Part shown: in pieces, positions 1 to 8,877 of the stretch | Layout of the letters: the number at the start of each line of letters is the position of its first letter | Position numbering within the stretch: the stretch's first letter is position 1 | IMG/VR virus record: IMGVR_UViG_3300046321_000141 | Span: 5,316-69,315 of that record | Strand: one strand, 5' to 3' | Source of the DNA: a virus | Length of the DNA: 64,000 nucleotides | Position numbers and translations under genes: made by a program | The notes under the pieces: generated by a model | The model's database searches: none | What the model saw: only the letters and a program-made list of their open reading frames with translations | Told to the model about the DNA's origin: nothing

Positions 1-769
1 ACCCTTGTATGTAGATGTTGTGATTATTGACTGTCGTTGTTAGCGCCTGAGTTATCCAATATGGGTATCGTCCATCAATATCCAGCCCGAAAATCTCTAT
101 ATCCGCGCAATTCCGAAAGCTGAAAGGAGCCTGAGCACCCGAGCCCGGCAGCAATGCCATTACCTTTGTCAATTGCCCGACAAATGCAACACCGGTAAGG
201 TTGTCAAAATATGTCGGGTTCATAGCGTATGCAACTGTCGGCGGAGGTAGATTAACTACACCGCCACCAAGACCGCTTATATACGTTGCCGCCGCCAAAA
301 TTGCAGGGCCATCATCAGTAACTCCGTCGCCAACGGCACCAAAATCCTTAACGCTCACCGACTCCCGAGCCTTATCCTGCACTGTCCGCGCAACAGCGCC
401 AGTACCAGCCTGCAAGAAGCCAACCAATGCAGCACCACCGCTTGCAGCTAGAGTAGTTGCAGATGTTTTCTCGGTGTCTAGCTCCGCAATAGCTGCTTGA
501 GTATTGGTTGCAGCAATTGCCCCTGTAGGATTAAAACCTACCAAAGCTGCTCCCCCACTAGCAGCAAGAGTAGTATTACTGGCTTTTTCAGTATCCAACT
601 CAGTAATTGCCCCTTCAATAGTGGTAGCAGAGATTCCACCGCTAGGAGTAAAAGCACTGCTAACTTTATCTGTATCCAACTCTACTAGAGCACTTTGTAG
701 GTCAGTAGAGGTAATACCACCTGAAGGGGTAAATCGAATCTGTGAACTTGTTGGTTTGGTGATAGCCAT
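1..769 (-). CDS. Tailspike / depolymerase with pectate-lyase-like beta-helix (3' end runs off the window)
   Basis: Not in the ORF track. Read manually from ATG at 769 (SD AAGGA upstream): MAITKPTSSQIRFTPSGG...LQAGTGAVARTVQDKARESVSVKDFGAVGDGVTDDGPAI..., the typical tailspike head plus Pectate_lyase_3 start motif. Open to the window edge. Confidence 0.85.
   Translation of the reverse strand, partial: MAITKPTSSQIRFTPSGGITSTDLQSALVELDTDKVSSAFTPSGGISATTIEGAITELDTEKASNTTLAASGGAALVGFNPTGAIAATNTQAAIAELDTEKTSATTLAASGGAALVGFLQAGTGAVARTVQDKARESVSVKDFGAVGDGVTDDGPAILAAATYISGLGGGVVNLPPPTVAYAMNPTYFDNLTGVAFVGQLTKVMALLPGSGAQAPFSFRNCADIEIFGLDIDGRYPYWITQALTTTVNNHNIYIQG
421..735 (-). repeat. Internal peptide repeats at tailspike N-terminus
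   Basis: Three copies of F(T/N)P(S/T)G.I..T....A..ELDT(D/E)K and two of TTLAASGGAALVGF. Confidence 0.75.
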
Positions 770-794
770 AATATTTCCTTACTGATTTCACTAA

Positions 795-1340
795 TTAAGA
801 GAGTTTAGTCCAAGTGAGAGTGCTACTTCGGAGAGTATTCCCGTACAAACTCAGAAACCCTTGAGTATCTCCGTTGCTAATACGCATCTTGTAGGTGGTG
901 GGTGTAGCCACTACTACATTAACTACACAGGACAATGTAAACGCACTTGTATTAGTTCCCGGACGTGAAGTTTGTGAGCCGGCTACGATAGCATTAGCAC
1001 TATTGGTTATGACCGCGTGTGCTACGCTTGGGGAAGCTAGGCTACTGCTACAGTCTGTAGATACCGTATAAGCAATCTGCCAAGTTCCAGCAGTTAGCGC
1101 CATACTGGAGTTAACCACATCCACATAAGCCGTACTGCCCGCAGTAAGAGTTTGGTTAGCAAGATTAACAAAACCAAACTCAGGAGCTACCCAAGTTCCT
1201 GCACCAGTTAGAACGCTATTTTGACTACCAGCAGCAGGAATAGGTACAGGACCAGAAGTACCAGCAGCTACTGCTGTAGCTCCAACCATGATTCCAGAAG
1301 AACCACTGCCACCACCATTTGAACTAAAGTTAGCTGCCAT
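795..1340 (-). CDS. Short tail-fibre-associated protein (beta-sandwich C-terminus)
   Basis: GATAVAAGTSGPVPIPAAG...LTGAGTW motif common in phage fibres; Ser/Thr/Gly-rich beta-type C-terminal domain; tail cluster context. Confidence 0.6.
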   Translation of the reverse strand: MAANFSSNGGGSGSSGIMVGATAVAAGTSGPVPIPAAGSQNSVLTGAGTWVAPEFGFVNLANQTLTAGSTAYVDVVNSSMALTAGTWQIAYTVSTDCSSSLASPSVAHAVITNSANAIVAGSQTSRPGTNTSAFTLSCVVNVVVATPTTYKMRISNGDTQGFLSLYGNTLRSSTLTWTKLS

Positions 1341-1354
1341 GATATTTCCTTGGT

Positions 1355-1756
1355 TTATTTCTCATTTTTAATAACGTCATACCAAACACGAATAGCTTGC
1401 GCAGCTTGTTCTTCAGTTGGCCCCATCCAATGCCAGATGTTGTAGTGCAGCAGATTTGAAGCCTGATTATAAATAGTCAGTGTCAAATCTTCTTCTGAAC
1501 CCACAATTGTTAGCTTTTCTTTAACAGATACAGCATAAGCTTCTGCTTCATATTCAAATCTACAAGCAGGACTAAATACATAGCGCAAAGACCATAACAA
1601 CCAACCATCTCGGTGTTGTTGTTCTTTGTGCCGAAGTTCATGCTTAATTGTGGTGCTTGATGCATCTACACCAAGTAAAACAACTCCAGGGATAAAACAG
1701 AAACCAGAGTTATCTGGGAGTAGTTTAGTTCTAATTAGTTTAGTCATATTAAACAC
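1355..1756 (-). CDS. Small zincin-like metallopeptidase
   Basis: HELRH (HExxH) followed by Q and a downstream FEYEAEAYA glutamate motif. Start may be 1747. Confidence 0.6.
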   Translation of the reverse strand: MFNMTKLIRTKLLPDNSGFCFIPGVVLLGVDASSTTIKHELRHKEQQHRDGWLLWSLRYVFSPACRFEYEAEAYAVSVKEKLTIVGSEEDLTLTIYNQASNLLHYNIWHWMGPTEEQAAQAIRVWYDVIKNEK

Positions 1757-4700
1757 TTACTGCAAAAGCATTGCTTGCTGCATTTTTGGTTAGTAAAAGA
1801 TCGGTTTCTGCTGTATTACCAGAAGTCATGATGGTATCCCACACATCAGCAGGAATAGTAATAACACTGGCTTCTTTAGCTAGTACTGTACTAGCTTCTA
1901 TCTGAGCTAGTGTAGGTGAAAGATACGCTGTAGTAGCAAGCCTTGTAGAAGTTGCTACATCTATTCTTGCCATCTCTACAGCCAACTCTTCACGAAGCCA
2001 GGTTTTAATCTGAGCCTCACTTGGTGCAATCCCGCCAGAAGAAGTGAGTAATACTTTGCCACCTGAATACAGCGTAATGCCTCCACCACCAGTAGTAGGG
2101 TTCAATACTGGTAGCGTACTGCTAGAGTTATAGACGTTAATAACATCCATTTGGTAAGCTGTATTAGCTCTGCTGTTATCCAAAACAACAGAACCAATGT
2201 TTATGTTTGCAGCATCTACAGTCGTAACTTCAGTAAAGAATCTACGTTCACCCACATTCCAGACTGTGTACACATACCAAGCATACATTCTGTGCGCATA
2301 CCACTGATCGTTTGTATCATTGAAGTCTATCTGCAAGTTTACAGGATCATGCGAGAACTCAGTAATAGTAGACGGTACAACAGCATACGAACTTACAAAA
2401 GTAGAGTACACATCGTCGTTTACTTCAGTAACCAGAACACTCCAACCAGTTGATGTTACTGCTGTACTGGTTTTACTTCTTAGAGTTGTATCATTTGCAA
2501 CTGTATCAAAGTAAGTGTGATAAACCTCTACTACATCACCATTTGTAAATGGCGAACCATCAACATAAGCTAATGTCCAAGATGTTCCTGCTGGTTTGCC
2601 GTTATAAACTTCTGTGTTTGTCGTAACGTTATAAACAATAACTCTACTGTTTGCACTAAAACCAGTGACGTAAGCATTAGCGTACACAGTAGGACGTTGA
2701 AATACTACTGTAGCACCTGCTGTAATATATGTTGGTTGAACCTGAGTAAGTGACAGATGAATCGTCACTGTTGCGGTAGTGGCTGATACATTTATTGCTG
2801 TCGTATAGCCAGTAAAAGTAGTGTCAGTAAGATAAAAATCACCATCCGTAGGAATGTTGATAGCGTAACTTTCTGCTCCTTTAGTAAAGCGACAGTTTGT
2901 TACTTGCCCACCATTGCCCATCAACAGAGCATGTGTAGTTGACCTGCTGTCTGTAATAGAGCAATTGTTAAACGTTGCAGCATTGGCAGTAATAACACCA
3001 CAGTCACTAAAGTTAGCACTGTCACATACCACTGTATTTTTCCATGTCACATCCCACCCAACAATAGCGGCACCTGAAAAACTGTAGGTAGCTGCTGCAT
3101 TGGAAGCTGCGGAAATAGTGAAGGGTTGCGGATCATTGCTTCTAACAATAGCAGCACTAAAGTCAATAACGTCTGAAGCACCTGCTTCAATGGTCAAACC
3201 AGCTCTGTTAGGCAGCCTCCATTCATATCTTCCAGCAGACTCGTTGTACGGCAGTGGTAGCTCATAACTTGTTGCGGTGGCTTTAAAGTTAGTTAGGTTA
3301 ATTCCGCCAGTACCAATTTGTACAGGCTGCTTAAGCTGCACTTGTCCAATGCCTTGGGTAGTACCTCTATAAGCATTCCTGAGCATGGTTGTAGCTTCAG
3401 GTGTTGCTGCTAAGTCAATAGGACTATTTGTCCCGCCCCCTGTTACATACAGTGTGTCAATCGCAGCAAAGTTACGTATATAAATACTGTTACTGGTTGC
3501 TGAACTACCGTTACGGTGATGCAGGATAGCTACTCTGTTGATTTGTGTAAGGTTCACTGCTGTTGAACTGCTCAACACCACTGGATGAGTTGTTGGATCA
3601 AAGTCAAATGGGTAGAGCCTTCCTGCTGACATACCTGACTTTAGCCGCATACGGTAAACAGAATAATTACCGGAAGTGTCTACCAAGGCAAAAAGAAAAC
3701 CACGCGAACCAAACCTAGACGTAGAGCTTATGCCATACATCACTGACAGTATTTTGCTGGATACGTTTATAGTAGCTGTTAGAGGAATTACTCCACCAGT
3801 CCAACTACCTGCCGTACTGTTGGTAACCAACATATAGCCGGTAGATTCTTGTGGCGCATCATTAAGCAAAGTTGCATTTGCCCATGTAGGTAATGCACTT
3901 GAGAATGGGATGCCTTCAAACGGTACAGAAGCACTGAACAATGCATTCGGTACAGTTATTGTTCCTTGATCGTTCTGTTGAAACGTTTTGTAAATGGTTA
4001 AACCGCCAGTGGGATTCTGCCCCATAGTGCCGCCAGCCACATTACGAATAGCAATAGCAGATACATGTCCACCATTGCTAAGACCCATATTACCTGTCAA
4101 AAATACAGAAGCACCTGCTACAGGTTGATTACGATAAACACAAAGAAAACCACAAGATTCTGTACCATCATTCACACCTCGGCCAATAGGCACTGCATCG
4201 CTTTCTTTAACTCGTACTCTTGAACTAATTGAGCTATCCAAGTGCCAACTATGTACCAGCGTACAGTCTGCTACTGTAGTAGTTAGTGCAGGAGTTATGT
4301 GAGTAGCTCCTGATGCACTAGCAACAATGCTAGAAGCATTGATAGGGAGTGTTTGATGTACGTCTTTCCAAGCTGATATATTTACAGCCCATTGACCGAG
4401 TGCTCCAGTAAGTACAACAGATTCATTTGCAGTAGTTGCTAGCTTATAAGCCAAGAAACCACGAACAGTGTCACTAACTCCTGTTGGGTTAAGGACTGTC
4501 CATGCTGTATTAGAAGTTGGTACAGTAATACCACAACTAATATCATCAATGTAACCATCAAGATTAGTACCATCTACCCGTACATAACGTTGTTTAATTC
4601 GTACAGTCCTGGTACCTACAGGAATGGTGTTAGTGGTTTCTATTTGTGTCCATACAGTAGCACCGTTGGTTTGTACTCCCGTCACTGTACCTGTCACAGT

Positions 4701-5147
4701 AGACGCTGCATTAAGCCAAGACACATCCATACCTGATGTATCACCATCACCTGCTAGACCTGATTGCCAGAAACTCAAATAGAAACTTGCTGTACCAGCG
4801 TCAATAGCGGCAGCATAACTAGATACATCGATGTTTTGATATGCAACAGTAGAAGCAGATGCGCCACCTGTAAAGTAAAGAGCGCCACTTACAGGACCAT
4901 TAGATGAGCCCGTTCCAAGAGCACCTGTTTCATTAATCCAAGAAGCAGTACCAGATTCTGCTCCTGGATTAACAATTGTTAGAGTAGTCAACGATGTGCC
5001 ATTAGCAGCAGTAATTACGCTAGTGCCTACATCGTTTACACCTGATATCAAAAGCAAGTCCCCAATAGCATGAGCAGGTACATCTGGCTCAAATGTAGTT
5101 GCCGCTGTATCAGTAACACTTGTTATTTTTGACGATATATAAGCCAT
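1749..5147 (-). CDS. Large multidomain tail fibre / virion adhesin
   Basis: 1132 aa, Thr/Ser/Gly-rich; carbohydrate-binding-like module (NPGAESG...YQNIDVS...DGYIDDI); beta-helix-like segment (FNNCSI...VTNCRF...LTDTTFTG). Confidence 0.7.
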   Translation of the reverse strand: MAYISSKITSVTDTAATTFEPDVPAHAIGDLLLISGVNDVGTSVITAANGTSLTTLTIVNPGAESGTASWINETGALGTGSSNGPVSGALYFTGGASASTVAYQNIDVSSYAAAIDAGTASFYLSFWQSGLAGDGDTSGMDVSWLNAASTVTGTVTGVQTNGATVWTQIETTNTIPVGTRTVRIKQRYVRVDGTNLDGYIDDISCGITVPTSNTAWTVLNPTGVSDTVRGFLAYKLATTANESVVLTGALGQWAVNISAWKDVHQTLPINASSIVASASGATHITPALTTTVADCTLVHSWHLDSSISSRVRVKESDAVPIGRGVNDGTESCGFLCVYRNQPVAGASVFLTGNMGLSNGGHVSAIAIRNVAGGTMGQNPTGGLTIYKTFQQNDQGTITVPNALFSASVPFEGIPFSSALPTWANATLLNDAPQESTGYMLVTNSTAGSWTGGVIPLTATINVSSKILSVMYGISSTSRFGSRGFLFALVDTSGNYSVYRMRLKSGMSAGRLYPFDFDPTTHPVVLSSSTAVNLTQINRVAILHHRNGSSATSNSIYIRNFAAIDTLYVTGGGTNSPIDLAATPEATTMLRNAYRGTTQGIGQVQLKQPVQIGTGGINLTNFKATATSYELPLPYNESAGRYEWRLPNRAGLTIEAGASDVIDFSAAIVRSNDPQPFTISAASNAAATYSFSGAAIVGWDVTWKNTVVCDSANFSDCGVITANAATFNNCSITDSRSTTHALLMGNGGQVTNCRFTKGAESYAINIPTDGDFYLTDTTFTGYTTAINVSATTATVTIHLSLTQVQPTYITAGATVVFQRPTVYANAYVTGFSANSRVIVYNVTTNTEVYNGKPAGTSWTLAYVDGSPFTNGDVVEVYHTYFDTVANDTTLRSKTSTAVTSTGWSVLVTEVNDDVYSTFVSSYAVVPSTITEFSHDPVNLQIDFNDTNDQWYAHRMYAWYVYTVWNVGERRFFTEVTTVDAANINIGSVVLDNSRANTAYQMDVINVYNSSSTLPVLNPTTGGGGITLYSGGKVLLTSSGGIAPSEAQIKTWLREELAVEMARIDVATSTRLATTAYLSPTLAQIEASTVLAKEASVITIPADVWDTIMTSGNTAETDLLLTKNAASNAFAVSV

Positions 5148-5160
5148 CTGAATCCTAAAG

Positions 5161-6063
5161 TTATTTCATTCCAATGGTCTTGAGTTTAATAGCTTCTGTA
5201 AATTTAACGTCAGCGGTATAAAACTTCATGCCTGTAATTCGCATTGTTTCTACAGCTTTAACATCTGCAATGTCCCAGTTTGATCCGAATAGCTTTGCAA
5301 CGTATTCTCCGGATAGTGCATCAACAGCCTTACGGTTTGGTTCTGACAACTTGTTGTAAGCCCATGAGTTCATGACCACGGCAAAAGCACTGCGATATAA
5401 ACCGCCTGGGAATGATGTCGCATGACGAACTGCGGTATGTAAGCCAAAAGTAACTACTGATTCTGCGGGGAACAACCCACCGTCAACAGAGCCACTAGAC
5501 AACAATCCATATGCCTCATTCATTGGTGTGTCTGTTATTACAACACCCAAGTTTTTAACAATGGCATCAGCAGAGCCTCCAGAACGCAACTTTAAACCTA
5601 TTAGATCACTTGCTTTAGTTACTGGCTTGCTTGCTGTAAATAACATACCTGGGCCATGAGTAAAGTAGCCAAGTACTTTTGTACCTTCTGCTTCTTTCTC
5701 AAAAGCAGCATTCTTCCAAGCTATTTTATTAAAAGCCAGTGAAGTAACTTCTGCTGTATCTCCCATCCCTGGAAACTCAGCAAACCGATGTGATTTAAAT
5801 CGCTGCGGTGTGTAGACCTGCACGATAACTGCAATGTCAGCTTGACCATTCCGGACTGACTCAAACGCATCAGCGGGTGATGATATTGCCCTGGGTGAGA
5901 TGCTGCATTTGAGACTGCTGGTTTTCTCCAGGCTATCGCACCATGCCTTTGTACTTACTGCAAGGTTATGACTAGGCGGAACCCATTGATTGACCGTCAA
6001 GGTTTGAGCATGTGAATAGCCCGCAGCAAATGCAACTAGTAGAGCCAGTAGTGTGTGTTTCAT
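5161..6063 (-). CDS. dctP: TRAP transporter periplasmic solute-binding protein (DctP family)
   Basis: Sec signal peptide ending SHA-Q; WVPPSH, VRNGQADI, DLIGLKLR with the conserved carboxylate-binding Arg, EAYGLLSSGSVDG, VMNSWAYNKLS. Confidence 0.9.
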   Translation of the reverse strand: MKHTLLALLVAFAAGYSHAQTLTVNQWVPPSHNLAVSTKAWCDSLEKTSSLKCSISPRAISSPADAFESVRNGQADIAVIVQVYTPQRFKSHRFAEFPGMGDTAEVTSLAFNKIAWKNAAFEKEAEGTKVLGYFTHGPGMLFTASKPVTKASDLIGLKLRSGGSADAIVKNLGVVITDTPMNEAYGLLSSGSVDGGLFPAESVVTFGLHTAVRHATSFPGGLYRSAFAVVMNSWAYNKLSEPNRKAVDALSGEYVAKLFGSNWDIADVKAVETMRITGMKFYTADVKFTEAIKLKTIGMK

Positions 6064-6401
6064 TGCTTGTTACCGTAGAGGATTTTATAAATCCGGTTTA
6101 TTTCTGCTTCGCTAACCTGCTCCACCCCAAATGCTGGGCATGTTGAGTAACCATGAAAAGGAGCTTGCCCTCTAACATGTCTTACAAAACTGGCTTTATC
6201 TAAAGACTTTCTAATAGGAAGCATGTTCCCACTTTCAGGACTATGACATGCAATACAAGCACTACCAGTTAGAGCTGCTCTAGTAGCTTCAATCCTATCT
6301 TGTCCTTGCTGAATCCAAGAAGTTTGTACTTTTACTTGGTTTAGCGTTATTGCAGCCCAAGCAGCTAACGCTAAAAGGGCAAACACTATTAGTTTAGGCA
6401 T
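6060..6401 (-). CDS. Monoheme c-type cytochrome (class I fold), membrane-anchored or secreted
   Basis: Hydrophobic N-terminal signal/anchor; CIACH heme motif (C49,C52,H53); C-terminal CPAF...VSEAEINRIYKIL matches the class I (M)PAF..LS..EI helix. Confidence 0.8.
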   Translation of the reverse strand: MPKLIVFALLALAAWAAITLNQVKVQTSWIQQGQDRIEATRAALTGSACIACHSPESGNMLPIRKSLDKASFVRHVRGQAPFHGYSTCPAFGVEQVSEAEINRIYKILYGNKQ

Positions 6402-6403
6402 AT

Positions 6404-6688
6404 TTACTCCCTAGTTATGGAGCGCACACCTGTATGCACAATGGCTGTTTTCAGTAGTTCTACGTCTGCTTTAACTATGCGAACATCATCTGCCAAACTT
6501 TGTGTCTTGTCTGCGGACTTTTGTAACGCCTCAACTGCACGGGTCAGTGCCTCTATAGCAAGCTTTAGAGACTGCAAACCATCAGTTTCACGTTTGACCA
6601 GTGTGTAGGCCAATCCTGCTGCGACGAGCAAGCTCAAACCTACCATGCCCAACCCTTCGAGCTGCTTAACTATTGCGATCAAGTCCAT
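6404..6688 (-). CDS. Holin-like single-TM protein with coiled-coil tail
   Basis: One hydrophobic helix (GLGMVGLSLLVAAGLAYTLV) followed by a heptad coiled coil; 94 aa; late-operon context. Confidence 0.5.
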   Translation of the reverse strand: MDLIAIVKQLEGLGMVGLSLLVAAGLAYTLVKRETDGLQSLKLAIEALTRAVEALQKSADKTQSLADDVRIVKADVELLKTAIVHTGVRSITRE

Positions 6689-6705
6689 ACTATTTCCTTA
6701 AGCTG

Positions 6706-6737
6706 ATAACCCCTAGAGGGTTAGTTCTAGGGGCTAT
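6706..6737 (-). terminator. Stem-loop between coiled-coil gene and holin-like gene
   Basis: CCCCTAGA / TCTAGGGG inverted repeat just after the 6743 stop; weak U-tract. Confidence 0.5.
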
Positions 6738-6742
6738 TGCTA

Positions 6743-7369
6743 TTACACCAGTGCTGCTGTTTTGGCGCTATTAAAAGCACCAGTGAAGCCCGCAATGGTT
6801 ACAGCAGCCAAACCAGCATGAGACAAGTAGACCTGAGTACGCAGCTTGCCAATAGCGTTACCATGATTGGTATGCCGATCATCTTCGCGCTCAGACAGCA
6901 CAGTAATAGCCACTTGAGCAGCATTGGCAGTAACTTGTGCTGCAATAGCAGTAGCAGTAGCAGAAGCTACTTCCGCACCCATATCAGCCAGTTCTTGAGC
7001 GGTTGCACCACTGAGGGTACTCAGCCGGTCATCTAGATCAGCGACTGCATCATTAAGATTGGCAATAGCAGTATCAGTAACAGCTTGGGCAGTTTCAAGA
7101 GCAGCAACACGATCCAGCAAAGCCATCAAGGCTTGCAAATTTTGCATCCCTGGGGTATTGCCATCGCCATCAAGCAAGTTATACAACGACTGAACACGGG
7201 TCTGCAACAGCGTAAATGCTGCTGCATCCAAACCCATAAGGTTGTTCAATTGTTTCTGAAGCAAACCAATTTCAGTACCAACAACACCACCAACATGATT
7301 GATGATTTGGCTTACTTCTGCACGGACAATTTCTTGAATATCAAGGTCTTGGGGATTAGCTTGTGACAT
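6743..7369 (-). CDS. Coiled-coil protein, probable virion fibre component
   Basis: 208 aa Ala/Leu-rich heptads; strong SD (AAGGA). Confidence 0.55.
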   Translation of the reverse strand: MSQANPQDLDIQEIVRAEVSQIINHVGGVVGTEIGLLQKQLNNLMGLDAAAFTLLQTRVQSLYNLLDGDGNTPGMQNLQALMALLDRVAALETAQAVTDTAIANLNDAVADLDDRLSTLSGATAQELADMGAEVASATATAIAAQVTANAAQVAITVLSEREDDRHTNHGNAIGKLRTQVYLSHAGLAAVTIAGFTGAFNSAKTAALV

Positions 7370-7431
7370 ATTATTTCCTTGGTTTTAACTAAGAGACATT
7401 CTTAGTTTGGGCATTTTAACTAATAAACCAA

Positions 7432-7743
7432 TCAATAACGGACATATAAAGAAGCTACACCAGCAGAAGCATTCAAACGTATAGCTGTAGCCCCTGTGAC
7501 CATAGAGCCTGTAGACGTTGTGACTGTTCCTGCTGACCAAGGAAGCCACGTAGCAGTACCTGCAAGAATTTCACTAGGCAGTCCTGATGTTTGTTGCATG
7601 GTTGCACTGCCTGAAGTAATAACAAGGTCTACACCTACATTACTAGCAGGTACAAAGATAGGTGGGCTAATCTCGTTAGTACACGACATTTTTACTGCCA
7701 TACCTGTAGGGCTGGCAATAGCTTCTTCAGTTTTCAAGCTCAT
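7432..7743 (-). CDS. Hypothetical beta-rich virion protein
   Basis: 103 aa ORF with SD GAGG; tail cluster context. Confidence 0.55.
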   Translation of the reverse strand: MSLKTEEAIASPTGMAVKMSCTNEISPPIFVPASNVGVDLVITSGSATMQQTSGLPSEILAGTATWLPWSAGTVTTSTGSMVTGATAIRLNASAGVASLYVRY

Positions 7744-7764
7744 ATAACACCTCTGTATAAATAA

Positions 7765-7926
7765 CTACCATTTGTTCTTTGGACATGTACCTATTGCACA
7801 TTTTCTTTTAATTGGGCACTTACATTCACCACATATAGGTATTTTTAAACCAAGCACTCTTAACTCTTTCAAATATTCACATTTAGTGCATATTTGTATC
7901 TTTGCTTCATATTCGTCAACAAACAT
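7765..7926 (-). CDS. Small Cys-rich metal-binding protein (DUF6171-like)
   Basis: Below the ORF-track cutoff; manual translation MFVDEYEAKIQICTKCEYLKELRVLGLKIPICGECKCPIKEKCAIGTCPKNKW (CxxC...CxxCxC...CP..KW). Confidence 0.75.
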   Translation of the reverse strand: MFVDEYEAKIQICTKCEYLKELRVLGLKIPICGECKCPIKRKCAIGTCPKNKW

Positions 7927-7931
7927 AGAGT

Positions 7932-8288
7932 TTACACAGTACTTTCTATAACATTAACTAAAACTCCACCAGAGTATGTAAAGTCTTTGCGTGTAGTAAC
8001 ACTATTACGTATGAGATCAACTCTAGTTAAGTTATCTCCTACATAAGATAAAACTTTTGTAGCTCCATCAGAATAACTAATACCTGTTAACTTTCCTGAT
8101 GTATATGTAAATGTAGGCGACTTAAGTGGATCATCACTGTTGTTTAGTTTATGAGCAATTAAACCAGATGAGTCTGTTATGTGTAGATCAAAGCCAGTAC
8201 TACGTCTTACAGCATAGATAGTATTGGCTATCAAAGTTACAGGTAATGCTGCAACTTCTTTTCTAGCGTAGAGAGCAGTAGTACTCAT
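7932..8288 (-). CDS. Tail-associated protein with YD-like beta repeats
   Basis: N-terminus paralogous to 8295-8861; C-terminal FTYTSGKLT / LSYVGDNLT / FTYSGGVLV repeats. Confidence 0.6.
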   Translation of the reverse strand: MSTTALYARKEVAALPVTLIANTIYAVRRSTGFDLHITDSSGLIAHKLNNSDDPLKSPTFTYTSGKLTGISYSDGATKVLSYVGDNLTRVDLIRNSVTTRKDFTYSGGVLVNVIESTV

Positions 8289-8294
8289 GGTTTA

Positions 8295-8861
8295 TTACCA
8301 AGCAGCAGATTCCCACCGACCAACAGGAAGTGCTCCGTTATACAAAAGCTTACCACCAGAGTCTGTAACAAGGTCAAGAACTGCTTTATTAGCATGAGTA
8401 TGACTTGCGGCCACAGCAGCATCAATAGCTGCTACAGAAGATGTTGGCTTACCTTGTAGAGTTGCCCAGTTAAGGACAATATCTAACGACTCTGCTTCAG
8501 ACGACTTAATCCAAGTAGTAGTACCAGGGTTATACAGATACGTAGCACCGCCAGCAACCACAGACACATCTGCTGTAGCATCAACTACATAAGACCAAGT
8601 AGCTGTAGTAGGTGCCAAAGCGTTACGGGCAGCAATGTCAGCAACAATTTGTAGTTGACTGGCAGACGACATAGCAGAAGCAATCATAGTTGCTACATCT
8701 GCTGAATTAATAACGTGACGTGCAGCTACCCCAGTGTTGTCCACTACATAGATTTCCATGAGAGTTGGGTTACCAACTACAGAAACATAATAGACAGCAT
8801 TACTGACCAATGTGCCAGGAAGCGCAGTTACTTTAAATTGTTGAAGAACGGTTGTTGACAT
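8295..8861 (-). CDS. Tail-fibre-associated structural protein
   Basis: KVTALPGTL...YYV; VADIAARNAL; DATAD.SV..GGATY; W..LQGKPTSS...ID.AV...HTHANK motifs typical of phage tail cassettes. Confidence 0.65.
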   Translation of the reverse strand: MSTTVLQQFKVTALPGTLVSNAVYYVSVVGNPTLMEIYVVDNTGVAARHVINSADVATMIASAMSSASQLQIVADIAARNALAPTTATWSYVVDATADVSVVAGGATYLYNPGTTTWIKSSEAESLDIVLNWATLQGKPTSSVAAIDAAVAASHTHANKAVLDLVTDSGGKLLYNGALPVGRWESAAW

Positions 8862-8877
8862 GATTTACCTCGTTAAA

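Noticed and set aside
201-785. Plus-strand ORFs 201-500, 497-688 and 504-785 in the track
   Set aside because: Antisense shadows of the minus-strand tailspike gene, which has clear family motifs and an SD.
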